64,000 bases of DNA from Fonticula alba ATCC 38817 (taxonomy: Eukaryota; Protista; Nucleariida), in assembly GCA_000388065.2 (NCBI GenBank), contig KB932209.1. One strand, 5' to 3'. Shown one piece after another: positions 1 to 10,957 of the stretch (the stretch's first letter is position 1; each line of letters begins with the position of its first letter). Under the pieces are notes generated by a model, which saw nothing but the letters and a program-made list of their open reading frames with translations, was not told the DNA's origin and ran no database searches. The position numbers and the translations under genes were made by a program.

Positions 1-97
1 CCTGCACCCCGCTTGTACTGACGCCTCACCTGCCCCTCGCCTTCGGTCGCCACAGCCTCCGGCCCCCTGTCCTAGCCCCCGCCCTCACGCGTGCACT

Positions 98-3000
98 ATG
101 GATAGCCGCGATGGCGCCTCTGCTCTGATGGGCTCCTTCGACCCGGCGCCCGATGCCACCCTCCCGAACAACGACACCGTCTCCGTCCCCCCGGCCGCCG
201 ACGTGACCGATACCCATGATGCTGACGGCGTCGCCGTGGCCGACTCGAGCGAGCTTCCCTCCTCCGCGTCGGATGGAACGTCCGCCTCGCTGAAGGCCGA
301 GTCTCTCGGCGGCGAGTCATGCTCCTCGGTGGAGGGCGTGAGCCAGGCTCACAAGCCCGATGCCGAGGCCGACCCGTCGGTGTCTCTGGCATCCGTCCAC
401 CTGACCCCGGAGGCCGCTCCGCCGGTTTCGGTTGAGGTGCCCGATGCCAAGGCCGACCTCCTGGCTCCGGAGGAGGTGGTGTCCCCTGGTCCGGCGGCCC
501 GGCCGGCTGGCAGCGCTGCCGCCGCCACTCGCCGCCGCCGCGGGTCCATCATCCATTCGGATGCCGGGCTGCCCAATGTCCAAGCCCTGGCTGAGGCCAT
601 CACCTCCGGTGCTGACACCTCCAGCCTCTATGGTGCTGGTGCCGGCCGGCCTCGGTCGAACTCCATCTACTCGGTCTCCTCGCAGGCTCCCTCTCTGACG
701 GAGATCGTCGTGGCCGACGAGCACTACAACAAGCCGCCCTTCTGCATTGACCACGCGGTGGTCACCCGGATTTTCGGTGTCAGTACGTGTTGCTCGGGTC
801 TCCTCGCCGGTCCCCCCCCCCCCCCCCTTGTGATCTGATTCACATCCTTGAATGCTGCCATGCTCCTCCTCTCTCCTCACGTCCGCCCGGTCCTGACTCC
901 GCCTCCGCGCCTCCGCGCCTCGCGCACAGACCCCAAGCGTGGCCTTAGCTCCGCCGAGGCGGCCACCCGCATGCTCAACCATGGCCCCAACGAGCTGACC
1001 GGCGATTCGAAGATCAACATTTGGATGATTCTCTTCGATAACCTGGTCAACCCGATGATGATTGTCCTGACGGTCTGCCTGATCATTTCCATTGTCACCA
1101 GCCAGTGGATTGAGGCCGTTGTGCTGATCATCTTCATCATTGTCAACGGTACCATTTCCTTCGTTCAGGAGTGCGTTTCTCTTTCTCTCTCCCCCCCCTC
1201 CTTAAATCGATGCATCCCCTTGGACCCTCCCTCGTCCCCCCTTTTGCGATGCGCGTCTCCTCTCTCTCTCTCCCCCCCCCCCTCTCGCACCTCTTCGGAC
1301 AAGGGCGCATTCTAATGCCATATCCTCTCTATTCCCCCCCTCCCTCCTTCGTCACAGGCTTCGCTCCGAGAAGACCCTCCAGGCCCTGCGGATGATTTCG
1401 TCGCCGGTGGCGCGCATCCTGCGCGATGGGCGCCTGGTTGAGGTGTCGGCCACCGAGGTGACCATTGGTGATATTATCGAGATTGTCGAGGGTGACCAGA
1501 TTGGCGCGGACATCCGTCTGATCAAGGCTGTCAACCTGCGCATTGACGAGGCTCTGCTCACCGGTGAGACGGTCCCCGCGGCCAAGGTCACCCATGCCAT
1601 TGACGATCCTCTCTGCCCGCTGGGCGACCAGCGGAACATGGCCTTCAAGAGCACGGTCGTGACCCAGGGCCACGGCCGGGGTGTGGTCACCTCCATCGGC
1701 ATGGACACGGCCATTGGTCGGATTGCCAAGGCCGTGCTGTCCGGCGGCCCGGCCTCCACCAAGACCCCGGTCCAGCGCCAGCTCAATGTCCTGCTGTACA
1801 TCCTGCTGGTCATGGCCCTGCTCTTTGCGCTGACGGTCATGGCGGTCAACAAGTTCAACTTCAAGGACAAGACCATCCTGCTGTATGCGCTGGCCGTGTC
1901 GGTGGCTGTCATCCCGGAGGGTCTGCCGGCCGTGGTGACGGTCGTCTACGCGTATGCCGTCCAGCGGATGACCCGGCAGAAGGCCATCATTCGTAAGCTC
2001 AACTCCCTGGAGGGGTTGGGCACGGCGACGAACATTTGCTCCGACAAGACCGGCACCATTACCATTGGCCAGATGGTGGCCACCGAGTTCTGGACCCCGA
2101 CGGCCCACTGCAAGGTCACCGGTCAGGATATGGATTCCGGCGGGCAGTTCCTTCTGAAGGAGGATTCGCGCCACCCGGGCGAGCAGGTCCTCTCGGCCGA
2201 TGGTACCACTTCCGATGCGGCGGCGGCCGGTGCTTCGCCCCGCGCCAGCACCCAGCGGGTGCTGCCCTTCGACCGGGTGTCCGAGGATATTCGCCACCTG
2301 CTGCAGGCTTGCACCCTTTGTGCCACGGCCACCATCACCCTCCACGAGGAGGAGTGGGTGACGGCCGGCGACCCGACCGAGGTGGCTCTGGTGGTGCTGG
2401 CCGGCAAGGCCGGCGTCATGCGGCCGGATTTGGAGCGCGATTGGACTTTCGCCTCGGAGTTCCCCTTCGACGCCTCGCTCAAGCGCATGACCATGATTTA
2501 CCATGCTCCCCGACTGGGCCAGACCCTGACCTACATCAAGGGTGCCACCGAGGTGGTGCTGGAGCGGTGTGTGACCCGCGTTGGCGGTGATGATGGGACT
2601 ACGGTGGTGCCGATCGATGCGGCCTTCTGTGCCCAGGTGATGGGCATCGCCGAGCGCATGTCCATGCAGACCCTGCGTGTGTTGGCCTTCGGCTATCGCC
2701 TGGACAAGTATGACCCGGATGGCCGGGTGCAGACCATCGAGGATCGTGACGCCAATGAGCGGGACTTCATCTTCCTGGGGCTGGTCGGCATGTTTGATCC
2801 CCCGCGCCCGGAGTCCTATGAGGCAGTGCGGATTTGCCATGAGGCCGGCATCACGGTGCACATGGCCACCGGTGATCACCCGCTGACGGCGCATGCCATC
2901 GCCGAGAATGTGGGCATCGTGCCGGAGAACTGCCCCAGCTGGATGGTCATGGTGGCTCGCGACTTTGATGCCATGACCGACGAGGAGATCGACAAGATGA

Positions 3001-4136
3001 CGGAGCTTCCGCGAGTGCTGGCCCGTTGCTCGCCCGAGTCCAAGGTCAAGCTGATTGAGTCGCTCCATCGTCGTAAGAAGATCGTCGTCATGACCGGTGA
3101 CGGTGTGAATGATGCCCCGGCTGTCAAGTATGCCGATGTCGGTGTGGCCATGGGCCACGGTGGTACCGATGTCACCAAGCAGGCCGCCGACTTGGTGGTG
3201 ACCGATGACAATTTCATGACCATCGTGCGCGCGGTGGCCGAGGGCCGCCGTGTGATCAACAACACTTCCAAGTTCATTCGTCTGCTGATGACGGTTTGCC
3301 TGGCGCAGCTGGTGGTGCTGGCCTGTGCGCTGGCCTTCTCCGATTCCAGTGGCCACTCGATCTTCCCCCTGTCGGCCATTCAGATTCTCTGGATCAACCT
3401 GATGACCGCCGGGCCGCAGGCCATGGGTGTCGGTACCATGGAGGGTACCAAGGAGAATATGGAAGTCCCGCCGCGTACCGCTCGGTCGGTGGTGTTCAGC
3501 TGGGAGATCCTGTGCGACGTGCTGGTTTTCAGTGCCTTCATCGGGTTGCTGTCGCTGGCCATGTTCGTGTGGGCCATCGAGTCGGCCTCGCCCATTGGCT
3601 TTGATGTGGTCAGCTGCAATGATCGTGCTTCCTTCGGGGATCCTGGCTGTGCGGAGATTTTCCGCGCCCGCACGGTGTGCTTCAACAGCATGATGCTCAT
3701 GCTGATCACTCACGCTTGGGTGATGGTGGTCCCGAACCAGTCGCTCATTCGTGTGCCCTTCCGCCTGACCCGGAACCTGGCCCTGACGTCCATTGCTTCG
3801 GTGATCCTGCTGTTCCCGCTGATCTATGTGCCCTTCATCAACCTGGATGTCTTCGGCCAGGCTCCCATCACCTGGGAGTTTGCCTTCATCTTCGGCTCCT
3901 TCGGTGTGTACCTCATCTTCTGCGAGCTGTACAAGCTGCTCAAGTACCTGATCCTGCGTAAGCTGGTTCCGTGGATTCGGTCGCGCCGTCGCGCGGCCGC
4001 CCCGGCCGATGCCCATGAGATGACCGCCCTCAACATCAAGGACGGCGACTTCTACCATGGGTACCGGAGCCCGCCGATGGGTGCTCCGGCCAGCTCGCGC
4101 CTGTCCAACGCCTCGCGCCCCTCCTTCTCCCAGTAA
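98..4136 (+). CDS. ENA1: P-type ATPase, type IID (ENA-like Na+/K+ efflux pump) with long acidic N-terminal extension; exons 98-782, 930-1170, 1358-4136
   Basis: Motifs LLTGET, IPEGLP, ICSDKTGTIT (phospho-Asp), EFPFD..KRM, ARCSPESKV..LHRRKK, MTGDGVNDAP and IFPLS..QILWI match the fungal ENA family. GT-AG introns 783-929 and 1171-1357 restore the frame (FGV-N-PKRGLS; VQE-LRSEKTLQALR). Confidence 0.92.
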
Positions 4137-4270
4137 GGCGAGAGAAGAGCGCACGCGCGCGGCTGTGCCTGTGCCTGTGCCTGTGCATGGCCGGGGGGCT
4201 TTCGGGGGGAGGACACATGTCTTCCTCTCCTCCCTCATGCACCGGCTCTCCTTCTCTCCCTCCCTCCCTC

Positions 4271-4312
<42 letters not shown>

Positions 4313-5183
4313 CGAGTGTGCGAGTGTCCCCCACACCGGAACCGGGCCAGCATGCGACACACGCGCGGAGGCTTTCCCCGAGATGTCCGCAGCGGCGTCT
4401 GGGGGGCTGGGCGCTAGCGCAAGGAGGGGATCAGGAGCGCAGGGGCAGCAAAGGAGGAGTGAGAGGCAAGACGAGCACCGGCTTAGAGAGCTTGTCTCCT
4501 CCGGCCCCTAGGCGGGGCACCTCCCTCCCCTTCTCCCCCTGTCGCGCGCGCCCCGCGCATGACTTTGTCCATATACTCCATGTGGCGTGTGGCGCGCCCC
4601 CTCTTTTCCTCCCTCCCCCCTCCCCCACTCCAACTTCTCTCCCCTCTCCTCAGGGCGAGGCTATGAAGGGCCAAAAGCATGTGCATATTCTGCAAAGTGT
4701 GCAGTCTCCTATTGCCTCTCCCTTCCCGCTCCTGCTCTCCAGTCAAAGATCATGGTGTGCCCTCCCCGTGTTGTGGGTGTGCATGTGTGGGTGTGGCTTT
4801 CTCCGCACACGCGTGCACGGCGCCCGCCTCCTGCCATGCTCCCCTCCTGCCACCTCTCCGATCCTTCTTCCCTCTGATGCTTCTTAGGTTTTTCCTTGTG
4901 CCCACCGTCCGGTGAGAGAGGCCGCGCTCGAGAGGCCATGTGGTGCGGGGAGGGGGGGCGGGGGAAGGGCGGCCAGCAGGAGTTGTCTTTTGCCCTTTCC
5001 CCCTCCTCTATCCCCCCTCCCACTCCACCCCTCGCGCGTGAGTGTCCCTGCCGGCGGCGCCGGGCGTCTGGAGAGGGCTGAGACATGTGTTCCCCCTTTC
5101 TCCTCCCAGTCCTTGTGTGCATCTCCCCCTTCCTATTTTCCCTTTCCCCAATGTTGCCACAGCAATTCATCAATACATCCCTG

Positions 5184-5222
<39 letters not shown>

Positions 5223-5601
5223 ACACACGGGTCTTTCTCCGGTGGGCGAGCTGTGCCGGTCCCCCCTTACGCCTTGTCTGCCCCGGTGCCGGCCCACAGT
5301 TGCTAGACGGGGAGAGGCCTTGTCGGTCAACAGTTGCCACATCTTCCACACGGCCTCTGAGCCCGGAGAGGGGAGGCAGGACAGTGTTTTCATCCACCGC
5401 CCTGGGTCACGTCACTGGGGCTAGTCATAGGTCGCCTCGTGCATCACGTGCCGACGCAATGGAATTCCAGGTCCCTCGCCGGCCTCTCCTGGTGCCCCCC
5501 GTGGAAGGCGCCAGAGACCCCGCCGTTAGGGGGCGGGGGCATGGGGCGCGAGCGGGGATCATACGTGGCTGGAGAGAGGGAGGGAGGAGGCGCGCCGGAG
5601 T

Positions 5602-5680
<79 letters not shown>
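5602..5680. repeat. Poly-G homopolymer (79 nt) in intergenic DNA
   Basis: Read directly from the sequence; the true length is uncertain in a draft assembly. Confidence 0.85.
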
Positions 5681-5682
<2 letters not shown>

Positions 5683-6537
5683 TGGAAGTTGCGATGGGCG
5701 CCGGTCCCCCGCGTGCGAAGCAGGCGGCAGGCCCCTTTCTCCCGGGCCCGGCAGACTGGGTGTGCAAGCGGACCCTCAAGGGGGGGAGGGGAAGGGGGGC
5801 TGGGAAATGTGGGGCGGCTCCATGGCGCGGGGGGAGCGCGTGCTCGTGCGCGCGCATGCGCGCGGCCTCGGCCCCTCCGAAGACGCGTATTTGTGTGGGG
5901 CGCCGCCGTGGCCTCATGGGTGTTTTTTCCCCCCCCACCAAGCTGGTACCGGGCATGTGGCCGATCAAGGGGGGGGGGGGCGGGGGCGGGGCGAGCACGC
6001 GCGGCCTTTCCCGCGGAGTACCGCACGCCTCCGGAGCCTCACTGGCCGTGGGGGGCCGGAGGGGGGGTCGGAGCCCCGCCGGGGCCGGGTGCGCGGGACC
6101 CAAACGCGCACCCGTGTGGATCTGGTTGTGGTCTCACCGGGGGCGGGGGCCCCGGCCACCAGTCACCACGACGCCGGTCCTCTCCCGCCTTGTGGCCCTC
6201 ATTCGGTGGTGGCCGTGCCCTCCCATCGGACTCCCCGTGGCGGCCCGACCGTGCTATGTGACAACATGGGATGGAATCTGCCAACCAGCGCGTGTGCCGG
6301 GGCCACATGCGCGCGTGTGTGCGCCGAAGCAGGTGGCCGGTCGGCCGGGCAGCCCGGCGGCCGGGCGGGGGCTGCCAGGTGGCCGTCTAGCACATGGGTC
6401 TGGGAGGCCCCCCGGCCGGGCGGCCGACTGGCCGTCGCGATAGTTGCCGCGACTGGAGGGGAGAGAGAAAGGAAGCCGGGCAGGCAGCCGGGGTGCTGGG
6501 TGCGGGGTGCGGGGTGCGGGGTGCGGGGGGGGGGGGG

Positions 6538-6848
6538 ACTCACGCCGCTGGATGTGGCCACACCCGGCTCGGAGCAACACGGCCCGGACCCCGTGTGGTC
6601 GTGCTAGTGCGGCTTCTTCTGCGCATGCCATGGGCTTCATGGGCGTGCTAATGATGCCGGCCGACGTCCAAGCCGCTTCTGTCGACCGTTTCTCGCTCCT
6701 CCTGCCCTCCGGGACCCGGGGCCGGGGGGACCCGCGGCATGGCCCAGCCCGGCGGGGGTGGCATTCTTGGGGCCTGTGCGCCTCATCTAAGGGCCACACA
6801 GGCCCGCGCATCGACCAGCCGGCGCCCCGGTGTCCGGCTGCTTGTCCT
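6538..6848. repeat. 311-bp direct repeat, copy 1, bounded by a G-run on the left and a C-run on the right
   Basis: The sequence actcacgccgctggatgtgg...ccggctgcttgtcct appears identical to 10647-10957 (offset 4109). Confidence 0.95.
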
Positions 6849-7300
6849 CCCCCCCCCCCCCCCCCGCGGCGTGCCTACACGCTGACACGGCCACTTGCGT
6901 GACCGGCCACTTGGGGGGCGGGGATGTCCCTTCGCGCTGATCTGCCGTCACATACCCCGGCAAGGGCCTCCCTGGAAAAGGCAAGGCGGGGCAGCTTTTT
7001 CTAGCGCCCCTGCAACTGGGCGGATCGCCCACTCGGGGATCCGGCTGCGTCACTGGAAAGAGGATCTCGTGTGCCTCTCCATCCCCCTCTCCTCCCTCCG
7101 CCCTCGCGATCGCTCCTCTCGCCCTGACCCTTTGTCCCCCTCCGCGGTTTCTTTGTCTGTCTGTCTTTTCCTTGGGGTTTCTCCCCCATCTCTTTGTTGT
7201 CCACTTTTGCGCCGGCCCAGCTACTGCCCCCTCCCCCCCCCTCGGACTTAAGTGTCGGTTCCCGTCAGCTAGTCTCCCCTGTGTGTCTGAGGAGCCAACC

Positions 7301-10300
7301 ATGTCGGGTCGAAGGCGCAAGCAGAAGAACCGCTCGCGGCCGGCTACCGCCGACCCGAGCGTGCCGGAGGTGGCGGTCGCCGCTCCGGTCGATGAGGACA
7401 TCGCCGTCGCCGTCGACAGCCAGGATGGTATCATTGAGGATGATAGCATCGTCCTTGATGAGGGGGATGACGTCGCCGACGGCCCGGCCGAGGTTGACAA
7501 CTCCCCTGAGCCTGTTGTCTCGGAGGTGGTGCTTCAGGGTGCCGATGTGCCGGCCACCATCGAGCCTATGCCGGAGGCAATCGTGCCTGAGGTGGTGCCC
7601 ATCGAGCCTGCACTTGAGGCCGCTGTTGAGCCCGTGATTGAGCTTGCCAGCCCGCCGGTGGCCGAGGTGACGGTCGAGCCGGTGGCCGAGGTGACGGTCG
7701 AGCCGGTGGCCGAAGTCACTGTCGAGCCGGTGGCCGAGGTCAGTGTCGAGCCGGTGGCCGAGGTCAGTGTCGAGCCGGTGGCCGAGGTCAGTGTCGAGCC
7801 GGTGCCGGAGATTGCCTCCTTGATCAGCCCCGAGGCTGCTCCCACTCCCATGGCTGATATCCTGTCTCCGGTGGCCCCGGAGCCGGTCGAGGTCCCACAG
7901 ACCATCACATTCATCGGGGCCATTCCCGGGTCGGTGCCGCCGCGGCTGTCAGAGGCATCGACCATCGTGTCACGGTCGTCCGAGGCGTTGTCCATGGCTT
8001 CGCGGGCTTCCGAGGCTTCGGTTGGCGGTGTGCCGCCGGCCCTGGCCTCGGTGCGCCTGCGTCCGGCCGGCGACCAGACCGCCGACATTGTGGTCCCGGC
8101 GCTGGAGGCCCCGCCGAACGCCGGGTCCGCCGGTGCCCGGCGCATTGTGGTCCCCACCAGCCACATTCCCTCGCTCAATGCCGATCCCGACTTCAATGCC
8201 ACCTACGTGGACCCGGTGGAGTCGGAGCCTGCCTCGCCGGCTGGCGACGATTCTCCCAAGGACCGGTCGTCCTACGTGGTGGACACATCGCACAGCCTGA
8301 ACAGCGGCGGTGCGGCCGATGAGGCCGACGGCCCGTCCGGCGAGCGGACCTCCCTCCTGGGCAACAATGCGGTCCCCTTCTCGGCCAGCCGCATCAGCGG
8401 CACCACCGGGCCCGTGGTCGATACCAAGACCGCCCTCGAGCAGGAGGCCCTCCGGCGCAATGCCATCGAGGCCGCCGAGAAGGGCCTCGACGAGGAGGCC
8501 GACGCCGACAGCCCCGAGGGCAAGCAGTCCAGCGTGACCACCATCTTCTCCATCTGGAACACCATGATCGGCTCGTCCCTGCTGTCCATGCCCTGGGCTC
8601 TGAACCAGTCTGGCTGGCTGATGGGTCTCTTCACTATGCTGGTCATGGTGTCCATTTGCACGTATACCGCGCTGCTCATTGTGCGCCATGACCATGGTAA
8701 CGGCCGTCGTGGGGTGGTGGTGGACTTTGCCGACCTGGCGGCCATGTACTTCGGCAAGTGGGGCGCCCGCGCGGCGGCCATCTCCTCCATCGGTGTCTTC
8801 TGGGGTGCCACCTTCGCCTATGGCATTCTCATGAGTGGTTTCCTCTACAACCTCGGCGACCAGATCGCCTACTGGGTCAACGGGCTCGGTATTGAGGACA
8901 CTCCGCTGGCGCCCTACTGGACGCCGGAGTATGTGGCCATCTTCCTGCTGATCCTCATCTTCCCCCTGACCTTGATCAAGAACTTCAGCTTCTTCGCGCG
9001 CTTCACCTCGCTGGGTATGTTCCATCTTCTTTCGGTCCCCCTCCGGGGCTTCTCTTCCTGTCGCAGGCCTTCTCACGCCGCCCTCTCTCCCCCTCTTTCT
9101 GTCCCCCCCCCGCCGGCCCTCCCTGCAGGCACCATCTCCGTGATCTACATGATCGGCTTCGTGGCCTACTGGGCCATCAGCAGCGGCTTCGTATATGGCA
9201 ACGCCACCCTGTTTACGGGGAAGTTCTACTACTTCAGCGGCGTGCTCACTCTCTCCTTCTACATTCACAACGCGATCCTCTCCATCATGCGCAACCAGCG
9301 CAACCCGGAGAACAACGCGCGCGATCTCTCCATCGCCTACGTCCTTGTCTTCTTCTCCTACCTCGCCGTGGCCTTCCTCTTCTACTTCTGTGTCGAGGAC
9401 AAGTCCAAGATCTATGATGTGCGTTCACATGCTCGCCGGTTTGCGCGTCCGCATGGGTTGATCCACATACCCGCCCACGGTTCGCCGGCACGCGCCACCG
9501 AATTATCTGACCATCTGTTTGTTCATGGCGTCTCGTCCTCCCCCCGATGTTTCCCCCCTTCCTCGCATGGCAACCTCGCGTGCTGTCGGTGGCCTGCCTT
9601 ATCTGCCTGCCTGTCCCACCCCGCACAGAATCTGCTCCGCAACATCCAGGAAATCGCCCCCGGCAACGGCGGCCTCTTCGTGGCCCAGCTGCTGCTTCTG
9701 TTCCAGATGATCACCATGTATGTGCATTCCTGCGTCCTTTTCTCCCCCCTCTCCCCTGTATTTCGCTGCCCTTCGCGAAGCGGGCCCTTGCTGACACATG
9801 CTACTGCCCCCCCCCCCCCCCCCCCCCACAGTTTCCCCCTCATTGCGTACATTATCCGCTTCCAGTTCATGAGCTTCGTCTACAACAACCCCTACCCCTC
9901 GACCTTCAAGGTTCTTGCGGTTCATGTCATCCTCTCTGCCACGTGTATCCTGATGGCGGTCTTCTACCCGAATGTTGGCGACGTTCTCCGGTACGGTCCC
10001 CCTCCCCCCTTTGTTTTTTTTTTCCTCGTGTTCTTCCTGCCGCTGGCATTTGCGCAGCTGCTCTTGTCACTCTTTCCGCCGGCGTGGCGCGCACCTTCGC
10101 TCACACGTCGTTCCTCCCCCGCTGATGTCCCCTTTTGCAGCTTCTCCGGCGCCTTCTTTGGCATGATTGCCGTCTACATGCTGCCCATCGGCTTTGAGGT
10201 CATGGAGAAGAAGCGCCAGGGTCTGCTCACCAAGACCAGCATCGTCGTTCACTGTGCGCTGATCGCCATCGGTGTGGCCAACTTCGTTGCCCAGTTCTTC

Positions 10301-10303
10301 TGA
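7301..10303 (+). CDS. SLC38A9: SLC38A9-like lysosomal amino-acid transporter/sensor (Aa_trans family); exons 7301-9014, 9129-9418, 9629-9717, 9832-9990, 10141-10303
   Basis: SSVTTIFSIWNTMIGSSLLSMPWA, SFYIHNAILSIMRNQRNPENNARDLSIAY and LLLFQMIT.FPLIAY resemble SLC38A9 signature segments. Multiple TM helices. Four GT-AG introns of 114, 210, 114 and 150 nt. Confidence 0.88.
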   Translation: MSGRRRKQKNRSRPATADPSVPEVAVAAPVDEDIAVAVDSQDGIIEDDSIVLDEGDDVADGPAEVDNSPEPVVSEVVLQGADVPATIEPMPEAIVPEVVPIEPALEAAVEPVIELASPPVAEVTVEPVAEVTVEPVAEVTVEPVAEVSVEPVAEVSVEPVAEVSVEPVPEIASLISPEAAPTPMADILSPVAPEPVEVPQTITFIGAIPGSVPPRLSEASTIVSRSSEALSMASRASEASVGGVPPALASVRLRPAGDQTADIVVPALEAPPNAGSAGARRIVVPTSHIPSLNADPDFNATYVDPVESEPASPAGDDSPKDRSSYVVDTSHSLNSGGAADEADGPSGERTSLLGNNAVPFSASRISGTTGPVVDTKTALEQEALRRNAIEAAEKGLDEEADADSPEGKQSSVTTIFSIWNTMIGSSLLSMPWALNQSGWLMGLFTMLVMVSICTYTALLIVRHDHGNGRRGVVVDFADLAAMYFGKWGARAAAISSIGVFWGATFAYGILMSGFLYNLGDQIAYWVNGLGIEDTPLAPYWTPEYVAIFLLILIFPLTLIKNFSFFARFTSLGMFHLLSVPLRGFSSCRRPSHAALSPPLSVPPPPALPAGTISVIYMIGFVAYWAISSGFVYGNATLFTGKFYYFSGVLTLSFYIHNAILSIMRNQRNPENNARDLSIAYVLVFFSYLAVAFLFYFCVEDKSKIYDVRSHARRFARPHGLIHIPAHGSPARATELSDHLFVHGVSSSPRCFPPSSHGNLACCRWPALSACLSHPAQNLLRNIQEIAPGNGGLFVAQLLLLFQMITMYVHSCVLFSPLSPVFRCPSRSGPLLTHATAPPPPPPHSFPLIAYIIRFQFMSFVYNNPYPSTFKVLAVHVILSATCILMAVFYPNVGDVLRYGPPPPFVFFFLVFFLPLAFAQLLLSLFPPAWRAPSLTRRSSPADVPFCSFSGAFFGMIAVYMLPIGFEVMEKKRQGLLTKTSIVVHCALIAIGVANFVAQFF
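7655..7798 (+). repeat. Coding 24-nt tandem repeat x6 encoding PVAEV[T/S]VE
   Basis: Unit ccggtggccgaggt(g/c)a(c/g)(g/t)gtcgag is repeated six times in frame within the transporter N-terminus. Confidence 0.95.
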
Positions 10304-10646
10304 GCAAAGGAGGCATCCTCCGATCGTGCACTACGCTGGCTCTCTCTCCGCTCTCTCCTCCCGCCGTCGCCCCCCCCTCCCTCCCCTCCTCTCTCCGCCG
10401 ATGTTGGGACGGGATTTCCTTTCCTCCCTGGTGGCCGACGCGCGCCCCCCCCCTCCAGGGCGGGCTGGATGGGACGGTTGTCTGTATGTTCGCCCGCGTG
10501 TGTGCGTGTGTCTCCTCAGCGCTCCTCACCGGGAGAGAAGGCAGCCTGCCGGAAGTCCAGGAAAAAAAAAGAGAGAGCGAGAGCGTTTCTCCCCCTTGCC
10601 TCCACCTCCCCCGGTTGCCGGACGGAGAGACGAGGGGGGGGGGGGG

Positions 10647-10957
10647 ACTCACGCCGCTGGATGTGGCCACACCCGGCTCGGAGCAACACGGCCCGGACCC
10701 CGTGTGGTCGTGCTAGTGCGGCTTCTTCTGCGCATGCCATGGGCTTCATGGGCGTGCTAATGATGCCGGCCGACGTCCAAGCCGCTTCTGTCGACCGTTT
10801 CTCGCTCCTCCTGCCCTCCGGGACCCGGGGCCGGGGGGACCCGCGGCATGGCCCAGCCCGGCGGGGGTGGCATTCTTGGGGCCTGTGCGCCTCATCTAAG
10901 GGCCACACAGGCCCGCGCATCGACCAGCCGGCGCCCCGGTGTCCGGCTGCTTGTCCT
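10647..10957. repeat. 311-bp direct repeat, copy 2, followed by a C-run and a 10-N gap
   Basis: Appears identical to 6538-6848. Confidence 0.95.

Noticed and set aside
1329-4334. Long antisense ORFs (1001 aa here; also 1143 aa at 54545-57976, 679 aa at 60195-62234, and others)
   Set aside because: Shadow ORFs opposite or overlapping real genes with strong GC3 bias; no recognisable motifs.
4137-7300. Many 60-500 aa ORFs in the ATPase-SLC38A9 spacer (e.g. 5042-6607)
   Set aside because: Built from G-runs, CT/GT microsatellites and GC-rich stop-poor sequence; no codon bias or splice pattern.
7655-7798. Regular 24-nt repeats resembling a CRISPR-like array
   Set aside because: No spacers; the units are contiguous and in frame within a protein-coding exon of a eukaryotic gene.
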